Shown here: positions 27,797 to 40,927 of the stretch, in pieces
Position numbering within the stretch: the stretch's first letter is position 1
Layout of the letters: every line of letters starts with the position of its first letter
NCBI GenBank assembly: GCA_907165135.1
Contig: OU015568.1
Coordinates: 14,446,001 to 14,510,000 of the forward strand
Source: Oikopleura dioica
Lineage: Eukaryota; Animalia; Chordata
Direction of reading: 5' to 3'
Length of the DNA: 64,000 bases
Notes under the pieces: model-generated
Seen by the model: only the letters and a program-made list of their open reading frames with translations
The model's database searches: none
What the model was told of the DNA's origin: nothing
Translations under genes and position numbers: made by a program

Positions 27797-28082
27797 TGAA
27801 ACCCTACCAATCCTACTAGTCGATCACTGTGTACCGATTGAAAAAAAACATCTTACAAACAAACTTTTATCCCCTGATTCGAATAATTCGCCTTAGAGAT
27901 TAAAGTCTGCCTTCTTTCATTGCCAAAACTTTTGGCCCAAAAGTTCAAAAATAATTCCTTTTTATCGCAAGAAATGCTCAAGCATAACATGTATTTTGAT
28001 TATTCTGCAAAAAATAAAAAGCCTCACTTCTTCAAAAATTATCTTCTTAAAATCCTTATTTAGAAAGAGATTTTGAAATAAA

Positions 28083-29521
<1,439 letters not shown>

Positions 29522-29661
29522 ATCATCGAAATCTCCCTTCACAGTTACTACTTCTCGTAGCAATTTTACATGTTTCTGTTCATGTGCAAGAATACAGCCA
29601 CACACTATTAGTATTCAATTTTGTTGATTTTGAGTTGGCAATTTAGATGTTTGAATAGTCG

Positions 29662-31221
29662 ATGACAAGAGACAATGAAGTTAGCGAGCTAAGTTTTATT
29701 GTGGAACATAATGGGCGAGTTGAAAAGTTTTCACTATTGTATCCTGTAATTTACCAGGAGTTCTACAGAGAGAGCCAAAAGAGGTTCAAACTTGACGAAT
29801 GTACCCGATTGATCCTGCACTACGAACACTTTGACAATGTCTTTCGACCGATAAGCTGCGTAGATTTTGAAACCCTCATCAATTTTCGCATTCACTGGGA
29901 TGACTCATCCGATTCTGACGCTGTTCTAATCAAAATCACTGTCGATGAGACGAGTCCTCCAACTCAATCAACTGCCAGAAACAACATTTCCCTTCCATAT
30001 CGTTTCGAGAACGAATTTCTTTCGCAACGCAACGGCTATTTCATCCCTGAAGATGTCGATGATCCAATTTTAGCGCCAGTAGCTACTAAACGCTCTCCCC
30101 TTTCGTCTCATGAGTCCGATAGGTTCATCCAAGAGCCATCAGATGCTGCGTCAGAGAATGATGTGTCAATAGAAGACAGCGAGTGGGATCTTCAAGGCAG
30201 TTTTTTCAACATTTTCAGTTTGTTTTATTACATTTGCTCAAGACTTGAAGGTCGTTTTGAATCATAGGAATATTCTGAAAAAGCTTTCTCAGAGCTCTTG
30301 GGCAGAGGTGGATTTGGACGAGTTTATGCTGCAATCTGCCAAGAGACGAACAAACGACTAGCTGTAAAAGTCGTCGATACTGACAAAGAAGATGATACCG
30401 AGATACAGCATATTTTTGAAGAGATTGAAACGCTTAGACAGCTGAGTCACAGAAATATCATTCAGTACATTTCGTGTGGAAAGGATGAAAATACTGTTTA
30501 TGTATTTATGGAGCTGATGGAGGGGGTAACGTATAGATGAAGATTCAAAGAGGATGATCATTTGTTTAGGGAACGATTCATACGTATTTGAAGAAATACG
30601 GAGTGATGGACGAAGTTCTAGCGAAAATGTACACCAAGCAGGTCTTGTGTGGGCTAGAATATCTCCACTCGCTACAAATTGCTCATCGTGATGTAAAAGG
30701 CAAGATTGATCCGGGGAAATTCGGTAAGACACTCGTTTAGGATCAAATATTCTCCTCGACGCAACCCTCTCACTCGTCAAACTCGCCGACTTCGGCGCCG
30801 CCAAGAAGCTCAACTTCATCGACAAATCGCGCTACGACCAAAGGAGCAAAAAGGGCGACATCGTAGGAACCCCGTACTGGATGGCCCCAGAAGTTGTCCG
30901 CGGCCATGGCTGTGGCCGCCGTAGCGATATATGGTCAGCTGGCTGCACCATTCTTGAGATGCTCACGCTCAAGCCGCCTTTCAAAAATTTCGAACCTCTC
31001 GCTGCCTTATTTCAAATTGCCTCCGCAACTGATTCGTCTCAGATATTCGACCACGAATTGTTTTCGCCCAATCTTACTGTAAGAAAAGAATTGGCATTTA
31101 TCGTCTTTTTGATCGTCTTATTTAGGACCTTCTTTCTTCCATCTTTGTTCCAGTTAACGAGCGCCCGTTGGCCTCATTCTGCCTGAATCATTCCTGGTTC
31201 TCCCAATCTAATCAAAGTTAA
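29662..31221 (+). CDS. MAP3K2/3: MAP3K2/3 (MEKK2/3)-like kinase with N-terminal PB1 domain
   Basis: PB1-like FIVEHNGRVEKF...; kinase LGRGGFGRVY, AVK, HRDVKGSNILL (across GC-AG intron 30700-30740), DFG, GTPYWMAPE. Confidence 0.8.
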
Positions 31222-31266
31222 TTCACCTCCCTTTTCAACCTTTTTTAAGACTGTAATACACACAAA

Positions 31267-31946
31267 ATGGCGGCCCAGGAAATCCAGCGCCTGAAGCTCG
31301 ATCTCGGAATAGTTGAACAAAACATCAAAGTATTCTCGGACATCATCACAGAAACGCCCGTCCCTGGAACAGAAAACGCAAACGATGCGGCTCTCCTTCC
31401 AAAACTAGACAAAAGCTGCCACGAAATGCAAGACAGGCTTTCTCAGTTGCTATCGTAAGTATTCCGTAGTCAAATTATATTAATTATAATTAAAATTATT
31501 AATATTTGATCGTTCGCCACTTGAACTCTTCCTCGTCTGATGCAAGATAATTATACTCTTCCTTGATTTCCACCTTCAGAAATTTGGACCCAGACGTCCA
31601 CGGTGAAATCTTCATGGACGCTCTGAGAGTCAACGACGAATTAAACAATATTTTCCTCCGCTACGAGCGCTTCTGCCGCTCCCGTCCGCAAACTGTAGCC
31701 GCTAACGAAGCTGCATCGAGTCCCCAAGAAACATCTGGCCCTGCAGAGGGAGTGCTGATAGATTTTGGAGACTCAACTCCTCCTCCAGCTTCGAATGCCC
31801 CTCTTCCGCCGCCTCCAGGAGGAAGATTGCCTCCTCTCCCGAACGCAGCGGGCAATTCAGAATACTGGCTCAACCAAGAACAACCTTCACAATCCGGCCC
31901 TTCTGAATTCGACGCTTTTCTAGCGTCCAGGCTCAATTCCAAGTAG
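31267..31946 (+). CDS. TOM1/TOM1L-like GAT-domain protein without VHS domain
   Basis: IQRLKLDLGIVEQNIKVFSDII...CHEMQDRLSQLL...ALRVNDELNNIFLRYERF; tail with LIDF and SEFDAFLASR. Confidence 0.75.
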
Positions 31947-32736
31947 ATACACAAATCCCGCTTTACGAAAATATGCGATTTCTTTGTTTCAATTCAATTC
32001 TTTTTATCAAAATTGTTGAAATTCGTAAAAATATGACAAACTCCAACTTTTATGCATGTGAATAAGTTCTTGTAACAATGATTTTTCTTCATTTCCCAAA
32101 ACAAAAATAACTGTACTAAATTTCTATCAAAGATAAAAAAACTATTTTTGTAAAATTTAAAATAAGAAAGTCTTTTGCTTGTTTTTATGACTGAATCTAT
32201 TTGTTCAAATCCTCTGACTTGGAGGCGCGGACTTTCATCAGACAGAAATGGTTACGTAATGAGAGACCTTGATCATCGAGAATGCGCTAGTTTCGATCGC
32301 CCATTGGCGCAAACCGTCGTTTTATCGTAGGCTGGAGGCAACCACCACCTCGCCAAAGCACAAGCTGGATCTAAACTGAAAAACGAAGATCGAGAGAGTA
32401 CTCTTCTGAGTTCACACCCTTTTTCAGAGATTTAGCAACTCTACTTAGATTTTGACCTTGGAAAGAGGCGTGTTTCTGTGAAACTAGACATTATTGCATT
32501 GACCCAAATCTGAAAAAATGATTAATAAAGCACAAGAGAATTTGAATTTTTACTTAATAAAAGCGATTTTTCATAGATTTGCAGATTCACAAGGATAAAA
32601 TCATGTCTTTTTCAAGGAAAACACGTCTATTTCGAAGGTCAAAATCGAATACCGTCATTTTCCCAAGCGGTCAACTCTCATTTAGCCCTTTTTTTCTTGT
32701 TATATATCAATTTTATTAAATATTTCTTTTGCTAGA

Positions 32737-33131
32737 ATGTCCGTTGCCAAGGGAAAGAAAGTCTTCGTCCAGAAATGCCAGCAGTGCCACTCGTACGCCG
32801 AGGGCGGCAAGCACGGCCAGGGACCCAACCTTTGGGGCCTCTGGGGACGACAATCTGGCCAGGCTGAGAACTACTCCTACACTGATGCCAACAAGAGTAA
32901 GCTCACCATTGCCTTGATGTCTCTATAAATTCCGTTTTAGACTCTGGCATCACCTGGAACGCCGAAAGCCTCGACGAGTACCTCAAGGACCCCAAGAAGA
33001 TGATTCCAGGTAAGAAAGCTTTAGAAACTGGCCGCTAAAAAGCATTTTTAGGCACTAAGATGGTCTTCGCCGGATTGAAGAAGAAGGGAGACAGAAAGAA
33101 CCTGATCGCCTTCATCGAATCCCTGCAATAA
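32737..33131 (+). CDS. CYCS: Cytochrome c
   Basis: [14 protein letters not shown] (CxxCH), [23 protein letters not shown]; two short introns. Confidence 0.97.
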
Positions 33132-33821
33132 GAGTCATTGAAATCAACAAAAAACTGAAAAGATTGTTATCTTCACCTACTGCTCTTTTTCGCTCCCCAT
33201 AATCTCCAACCTCCTTCTCCTCCTCTAGAATTTACAAAATGTGTGTACCTCGGGTCCAGTTCGGGAAGTCCTACCCACCAAGTTTCGCTCTCAAGCCTCA
33301 ATTACTATATTTATTGTAAGACTTTCTGGACTGCCCGTAGTTTTTAAGTTTCGAAAAATAAATGTCAAAAACTCCCACGATTCTCATTTCATTATTTTTT
33401 ATTATGCAGGTCGTTTTTCATGTCATGAATTCATTCATCAGATTAATTCATCGAATTAAAAAGACCTGTTAGAGCAAATAGTCGAAGGTAATCGTGATTT
33501 CATCTTATTTCTTATATCTTCGAACCATAGATTGCTACTTATATGTTCTTATGGTGCAGATGTTTTAACGATTGCCAACAGGTGACCCTATTTTTTGAGG
33601 CAATGTGCACCTTGAAACCCTGGAAAGATTCTTATTGAAGATGAGTTTTTTTTTTCTTTCCACAAGAGACTCGTAAGTACGATTTACGCCTCAATGAGTA
33701 AGGGAAACATGCCTATTCATTCCTACGTATCAGGACAAAGGCGTCTTTCAATATTTGCGTTGTCGTCGTTTTCTTCAGCTTTCTAATTTACCAAAAGGTC
33801 AAAGTTATATTTTTCAGAAAA

Positions 33822-35129
33822 ATGAGTTTCTTGTTCGGCAAAAAGAAAACGCCGGCACAAATGCTTCGCGAGAACCAGAGACTTCTTCAGCGAGCGATGC
33901 GCGATCTTGATCGAGAGAGGATGAACATGGAGAAACAGGAGAAACAGATCATTGCCGATATCAAAAAGATGGCCAAGAAGAACGAAATGGCCACGGTGAA
34001 GATTATGGCAAAGGATCTTGTTCGTACGAGAAATACTTGCAAGAAGTTCATGCTCATGCGTGCGAATATTCAGGTAATGAACGGAATTACAAATGAGAGG
34101 GCGGGATAGAAAGATTCGCTATAATATATTGCCTCTGTAGCCATTTTTTTGACTGATAAATCGAACCAATTGTGATAAATTGCATATTGCCTAAAGATCA
34201 ATTGACATTTGTGGCTTTAGTCTTACTTAGGTGGGGTTTCAATTTAATTGCCTCAACTTACTTCTGGTCTAGCTCTTACAGTTTACACATTCACCCCATA
34301 CAACCATATATTTTTAGAATCGTCTCATCGAGCTCTAGTGCGTTATCATAGCGGATTTTCCAATTTCCGGTTTATATCGGATTTTTACCGGTTTTTCATA
34401 CTTTGTAACTATCAAAAAAGTACTGTAGTACCTTGTATAAAATCATTTTAAGAGCTCAATTTAGTTATAAAGCCACAAACAAAGTCAAAATGGACTCATT
34501 TCCGGCAATATTTGGATGTCTAAGGGTGTCGAAATGTTTGGCCGAGGCAATTAAATTGAAACCCTACCTTAGCAGAGATAGATTCCTGAACATTTTAAAG
34601 ATTAGGCAATTAATTAATAACTATTTTAAGGCCGTCTCGTTGAAAATTTCCACAATAAAATCGCAACACGCCATGTCCGAAGCAATGAAAGGCGTCACAA
34701 AAGCAATGGGCCGAATGAACAAGACGATGAAGCTGCCCCAAATCCAGAAAATTATGCAAGAGTTCGAGAAGCAATCAGAAATCATGGACATGAAAGAAGA
34801 AATGATGAACGACGTTATGGACGACGCGATGGGCGGATCAGACGACGAGGAAGAAACTGAGAACTTGGTCAACAAGGTCCTCGACGAACTCGGACTTGAG
34901 AATATGGTGGAAGTTGGAGCTATTCCCTCAGCCGTTGGAGAGCCTACTCCAGCTCAATCAGAGGTAACAATGAGCAAGACGCATCTTCCCCCTACGGGAG
35001 TAGGCCTACCAGAAAACGCCTTCTCCTTCCAGAAGTGTCCCCCTTTTCTCTCTTAACCCTTATTTTCAGGAACCATCAGCTGACCTGGACGCCGACCTAG
35101 AAGCTCGTTTGAACAACCTCCGTAGATAA
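33822..35129 (+). CDS. CHMP2A: ESCRT-III subunit CHMP2A/Vps2
   Basis: MSFLFGKKKTPAQMLRENQRLL...MAKDLVRTR...KQSEIMDMKEEMM; C-terminal MIM1 DADLEARLNNLRR*. Confidence 0.95.
34230..34568. mobile_element. Tourist-like (PIF/Harbinger) MITE in CHMP2A intron
   Basis: 25-bp TIR GGT(G/A)GGGTTTCAATTTAATTGCCTC (24/25 match); TTA duplicated at 34227-34229 and 34569-34571. Confidence 0.85.
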
Positions 35130-35341
35130 CTCCAGCACAGAACAAATCTGCACTCGATAAAACTCAAATTCATTCTCTTCATATTTTCATTCTCCTTCAA
35201 AAACCAAAAACAAAAAGAATAATTTCTATTGACACATGTTTTACTGTAAATATTCCTTACTTACTAACCCAATACATAGCAATAAAAGATAACTCTTATC
35301 GACTTTCGTCTTTTCCCTATTTTATCGCATTTCTGTCTAGA

Positions 35342-35725
35342 ATGAGCAATATTCCAAAAGTAGCCGCTCATATCCGTGGAATTGCGTTTCCCAAGCGTGC
35401 TCCTTGGACGCCTAAAAGTAAGGCGACACCCTTATTTTCTTTCTATTCAAATTGATTTTTTCTAGTTCCCGACTGGCCCGTCATCCCAGAAAACATTAAA
35501 CAGATCGCTGCTGCTGCTGCCAAGGCTAGCCAGGCCGCCCAGCCACTCATTGCACCACGAGATCCATCTATTTGGGCCGTTGTTGGTGAGCCAGACCGAA
35601 TCGAAGTCGTGCGAGCAGGAATTCAATACATGAAGAGAAAGTAATTTTCATATCTTTTCTTCCCCTTTCTTACAATTTTTTCCAGGCCAATTTCAGAAGA
35701 AGAAGCCGAAGCCATCTTGTACTAA
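35342..35725 (+). CDS. KGD4/MRPS36-like alpha-ketoglutarate dehydrogenase adaptor
   Basis: N-terminal HIRGIAFPKR and C-terminal RKPISEEEAEAI resemble the two conserved ends of MRPS36/KGD4; two short introns. Confidence 0.6.
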
Positions 35726-36296
35726 AAAAACTAACGAAAATGGATATTAATATGGGAGATTGTTTATTTTGTTCCTCTGAAACATAAATTGTTTGTTTGC
35801 TCTATTTATTTTACCTTGATTACCTGAAAATAAAATTCACGAAAATACTTATTTGAAATTTCAAACGATCTTTTTGGAGCTCCTTTCTTCGGGATCATCA
35901 AAAATAAAGGATGTTGGCTTTTAATTTCATCCCTTTCTTGAGCTTCTCAGGGCCCTTATACTCAAGTGGAAAAATGGAAGATTAGAAGAAAAATTTGAGA
36001 GTTATCAGCTTATTTTTTTAATACTGGCCGTCGATTTTCAGCAGGTTGAAAATACAATTTTTGATTGATGGAAATATGTTCACGTTGTTGCAAAGCAACG
36101 GCCTCGCTCATCGCTTGTTCGCGTTTTCTCATCTACAGGTAAGCGGCTTCCGTATCATCAGCGATAACGAGTTATCAAGCCCTCTCGGTTCTAGCGCTCA
36201 TTATGTCCCAGCGTTATCTTTTCTAACCCTCAAGAACTATTACGCCCAAAATCTATCAGAAATAATTCTTGTTTATTTTATTTTTTTTATTCAATT

Positions 36297-38006
36297 TCAA
36301 AGCGTAAATTTTCCAGTAAATGAAATTTTTGCGGGCCCGATCATTTTCACGGTCGTTTTGTCGAGCGACAATAGCATTTCTCCACCTTTGCATTTGAATT
36401 TCACTTTTTCCGAGTTCGGTAACTTTCCGCATTGATTGAGGACTCTTCCCGGATTAGAAGAAATTGCTAATTGGAGAGCAGGGAAATTAAAGCAACACTT
36501 AGTTTCATTGGTAATTTAATTATTGTATTGTTATGCCTCGGAACATTAGCATGTACGAATTGAACGATGGTTTAATTCGATCTTGAGTTTATTAAATATT
36601 GATAACGAGGTATTGAAATCTTCATTTTTGTCGAAACTCGTTTTTATGTACTAATCCAGAACAATAACTCGTAATTGTCAATAACTATTGAATAACCCGT
36701 TTCAAAAAAGGAGGCGCAGCAACCAGATCCACAAGCTAGAGTTTCTCCAGAACCACGTTCTACCGTTCTTTTTCAAATTAAGATGAAGAGACTTTTCTGT
36801 AATTTGACGTTACCTAATATCAACACAATCTGGTTGAACACGTACGAAATTAACATTGACGGTGGTTACGAAGTTTGCCTCCGCAAACTTGTTGATTTTC
36901 GCAACCATATCGCCAAAATCCTCCAACCAAAAATTCTTGCTCTCCATCTCAGAAAGGGTTTATGATGCAAACAAGATGACTTTGGTGTCTGCACCAGCTC
37001 TGTTTTTAGCAAAAATAAAAGTGTTCAGTTGAATAAGAAAACCCTTTTCAAAACAACAGCATGTTGATTGCCAATATCCGCAAACGGGATCTGCACGACG
37101 TGCTTATTTTAAGACCACGTTGAAATTGAAAATTGGGTATTTTTATATTCCGTAAAAAGATTGACGAGCGCAAGTTTTCGCTTATTTTCTTTGCACGGTT
37201 CCTTGACATCTTCTAAAAGCAACGGCTCGGGGGATGACATAAGCTCCACCGAACCCATGTTGACTTCTATTTGATCGCCTTCGTGCGCTATCAAATTTAC
37301 CGTGCCAGATGCGGTCTATAATTACGACGTTAAAATTTGAATTTGACATTGATCAGACCTTTATTTTCATATATTTTGTTTCAGCGATTTGAGATTTTTG
37401 CAGATAATGTCCTGAAATTAATAAGTCATATCAATAACAAAAGCTTTTGAAAATGATAACGCCTCATTTTTTAAATATAAGGTTGTATCAATACCCTAAT
37501 GGATTTACAATTTACTTTGGATTTCGGGCTTCATTTTTAAGTTACAGTCAAATAAGGCAGGTTTACCCATTTTATGATTTTACAGCAGGTGTAGCACAAT
37601 AATCTGATCGCTAGAGACTCCAGTGGAGCTTATCTAATCGATCAATCTTTAAGGTACTCCTACCTATACACCTGAGAGCGTTCCCACATGTCCTCCCTTC
37701 TGATCCATCTGCATTGAACATTTTCATTCCAAAAACATCCCCCGTTTCCCCACCAGTTTCTTCCAAGGAAATAAACACAAGTCCGTCACCTCCAACACCG
37801 AAATTTCTATCGCAAAGAGCGGCAATTTTCGCTGGTTGCTGCAGCTGCTCAAGTTGTGTTACACTCAGCTCGTTGGAAATCGTGTCAATGAATATATAAT
37901 CTGCGTTTATTATTCAACCGGGCGAGAGTTTTTTTAAGGTAATAGTTGAATAAATTCCCTTTCCGTTGCCGAGACCTTGCATTTTTACGAAATCAATTAC
38001 GTCCAT
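36297..38006 (-). CDS. dapF: Diaminopimelate epimerase (DapF), multi-intron gene
   Basis: Spliced motifs FVKMQGLGNDY, LCDRNFGVGGDGL, MFNADGSEGRTCGNALRC, EVNMG, DIGNQHAV, VNVNFV, VERGSGETLACGSG, KGG...MIGPAKISFTG; about 7 introns; one internal splice (36960-37040) unresolved. Confidence 0.88.
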
Positions 38007-38349
38007 TTCTGAGAAAAAAGGATGTTGTTTGCCTTATGATTGAAATTGACATGAGGATATTTATTTATTTTTCTAATTTATAAATTTCAAAAAATTAAGA
38101 GGAGACATCCCTTTCTGAGAAGAGCAATTGTTCTCTTGAATTCTTGGTATTTGCTGAAGTAATGTTTGCGCTTTGTAACTTTACCCCATTTGTATCTTGA
38201 GTATCAAGTTCCATTGCCGTCCTATTATACAGTTTATCGTCAAAACTAACGACAGTTCTGGTGTACTTCTCTGCTTGTAATAACAATCCGGCGGAGGTCC
38301 GTTATCGAACAATGGCCAAAACAAAAAAATTGAAGTCTAAGTAATCCTC

Positions 38350-40174
38350 ATGAACGCTCTTATCGCGCTCGCGTGCGCCATCTCTCCCGGGTCTCGTGTC
38401 TGTTTCCCACTGAAAATTCTTTTACTTTTTAAAAAATAAAATGAAATTACTCAAATCTTCAATTTTATTGAAACTGGCAGAATGCAGTTGGAGAGATCGC
38501 TGGGAAGCTATCCAAGAAAAGCACAACGAGAGAAACCAGAATCAGCCCCGTCTTGATCACCTTTGTATTGCAAAATTGAAGACGTTTTTGGACGAAAATC
38601 AAACTGAGGGAACTTGGGAATGCGACGATCTTTACCAGCCTAGCACAGAATATCAGTGCGTGAATCGCTGCCATGTTGATGGCAAAGTAAGCGGGCTGGT
38701 CAAAGTCATGTGTAGATTTGCCGGACCGGTTCTGAGAGTCGGTGGATATGTGGATTGTCCTTCTATCATAAGGTTAGTATCGTGAAATACCGGCTATTGT
38801 TGCTTGTCTGATGATGATCCCGCAAAACGAACATTTTTTAGTGATGAAGAAGCTCGATTCATAACAAGCAGAAGAGACAAATGCGAAGACAACCTAATCA
38901 CCATTACAAATGGGTCTTTGAAATTTTTAAAAACTAGAGGTGCCACGACAGAGTACAACATCTTCTGCGACGGAAAAGGAAAATCCAAAATTCGAGCAAA
39001 ATGCGACGAGGTCAAGCCGAACGGTCATCCCAAAAAGTGGAAATTTACCAAAGGCTCTAATGCTCAAAAAGCCTGTCCTGGAGGTGAGAAGGTAGAAGTA
39101 GATATTTAAAATTACAAATTAAATAAAGGAGGATCGGCCGGCGGTGGGAAGAAGAAACCAAATCACTGTAAAGATGTTGCGTTCTTGAACGCGAACCGTC
39201 CTCTTGGAGCCGGCCAGTGGACTTGTGATGGAACTACTAAAGCATCAGTTTGTCGAGCTGTCTGCTCTGATGAAAATTTAACAGCCGATGTGAGGATTAG
39301 ATGCTTCAAGACTAATCTCTCTTATCTTAAAGGTAAGGCATTGATATGATTGAATAATGATGGATTTTTTCATATTATAAATGATATTTTCAAGGTGACG
39401 AGAATGTAAGATGCGAGCCAGCTGAAGAGGTCGTGTTCTCACCGCTCAGCCCAATGCCGCTTTTGAGAAACTGCAACGGCATCCGCGAAAGTACAAACTC
39501 CTCGAAGATGCCCTGGGTCACCGAACTTACGATCGACTCCGACCGCAAGTGTAGAGCCACTGCGATCAACGATAAGTGGCTGATCACCGCAGCTACCTGC
39601 TGCCTCAACGCAGAGTCCGTAACAATGCCAAGTGGCGCAGCTGCTTCAGATGTTCACGTGAACGGCTTTTATGGGGACATTGCTGATGGAACCATGAGGA
39701 ACTTTGACTTTTGCTTGGTTCGATTTGATGATCATGGACTCGCAGTTCCATGCAGGAAAAGCTTTTATACTATCTCTGAAAATTTCATGCTTAAAAATTG
39801 AGTTGAACAAAAAAGAAAGCTTGTGTGAGATCTTCAAAACCCAGCCCAGGAAAAACTTGCTGGACATACGCCGAAGATGGTTCCGCTCAACCAATCAATC
39901 ACCTTGGCGAAGACTACTGTAGTGCTAAATCAGTAGTCAAGCTCGCTCCATCAGAGCTTTGCTACGGCTTTCCCGATCTAAACAACAACGGCATGACAGA
40001 CGCGATCTCCAGGGATCTGATTCCAGGAACGCCGATTTTTGTAATGAGGACGGAAAAGCTGCACTCGTTGGAGTTGGGTCACTTGTAGAGACTTGCCACA
40101 TTGAAAACTTCCCTGCTATCTATGGTGACATAAATGAGCAGCTTGTGTCTGATTGGATTGATTCGAAACTGTAA
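38350..40174 (+). CDS. Secreted serine-protease homologue (trypsin fold, catalytic His and Ser lost) with Cys-rich N-terminal modules
   Basis: MPWV...CRATAINDKWLITAATCC (H replaced by T), NFDFCLVRF, DLIPGTPIFV in place of GDSGGPL; N-terminal repeats of W-x-C...C...C. Confidence 0.7.
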
Positions 40175-40250
40175 ATATTCACTTTTATAATCATTTTTAT
40201 ACTGTATCAACGAATAAATGCTAAATAAAACACTAGACAAAAACACCGAA

Positions 40251-40660
40251 AATGTTTACTTTTTCGCAGAAAACTTCGAGCCGCTGATGATCCAGATCTT
40301 TTTCGCAGATTCCGCCAACAAGCGTGGAGAATGCTGCCAACCCGCTCAGAAGTCAAAGAACTTTATTTCCCACCAAGGCCAAGGAACTGCACGTGAAGGT
40401 AGATCGTCAACCTAGACGAGAAGTAATCTGACCGTGTCTTGAGAGCCTGAAACGGAGTCTTCTCGACAAGACGGATTGAAGATCTCCTCAACGCACGTAT
40501 GGACAAATACAATTAAATTAGAATTCTGGAGGATGTGAAGCTGAAGACAATCGCGTCCAATTTGCACGAGAATCAGCTCATTTTCGTCTCCGAACGAGTG
40601 AAGAAAGAAGAAGACAAGAAATTCCTATCGAGATCGCCGATGCCCCTGCTCTTCGCTGAG
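40251..40660 (+). pseudogene. Decayed small heat-shock protein (HSP20) copy
   Basis: Colinear nucleotide similarity to 44102-44524 with multiple indels and stops. Confidence 0.85.
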
Positions 40661-40781
40661 TTAGTAAATCATTGTCCATATTTTCTTGGTTGATCTCACG
40701 GAAAATACAGAATAAGTATGAACTAAACAAAAATCTAATCCAATAACTTGCTATATAACGTGGCTAGAACGGGCCTCCTCC

Positions 40782-40900
40782 GCTTAGCGTCATACCGCGT
40801 AGAATAAACCAGTTCTCGTCCGATCACTGAAGTCAAACTACGACGGGCGGGGTTAGTACTTACATGGGTGACCGGTTGGGAATACCTCGTGCGCTAAGCA
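40782..40900 (+). rRNA. 5S rRNA: 5S rRNA gene, copy 1
   Basis: CATACC...TCTCGTCCGATC..GAAGTCAA...GGTTAGTACTT..TGGGTGACC..TGGGAATACC; terminal helix GCTTAGCG/CGCTAAGC; T-run terminator. Confidence 0.97.
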
Positions 40901-40927
40901 TTTTGACTTTTTGCAAATGAGAAGTAT

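Noticed and set aside
32205-32400. GC-richer island between the GAT gene and cytochrome c with CTGATGA and box C/D-like words on the minus strand (hammerhead, U3, RNase MRP?)
   Set aside because: Could not build the required stems or motif order by eye; an Infernal/Rfam scan would be needed
36297-38006. dapF as bacterial contamination or a mis-assembled symbiont fragment
   Set aside because: It is split by several spliceosomal introns, including a host-typical GA-AG intron, and sits between clearly eukaryotic genes
38095-38286. 63-aa minus-strand ORF just upstream of dapF as an N-terminal extension
   Set aside because: Starts at TTG, has no in-phase canonical donor to the dapF acceptor, and has no recognisable motif
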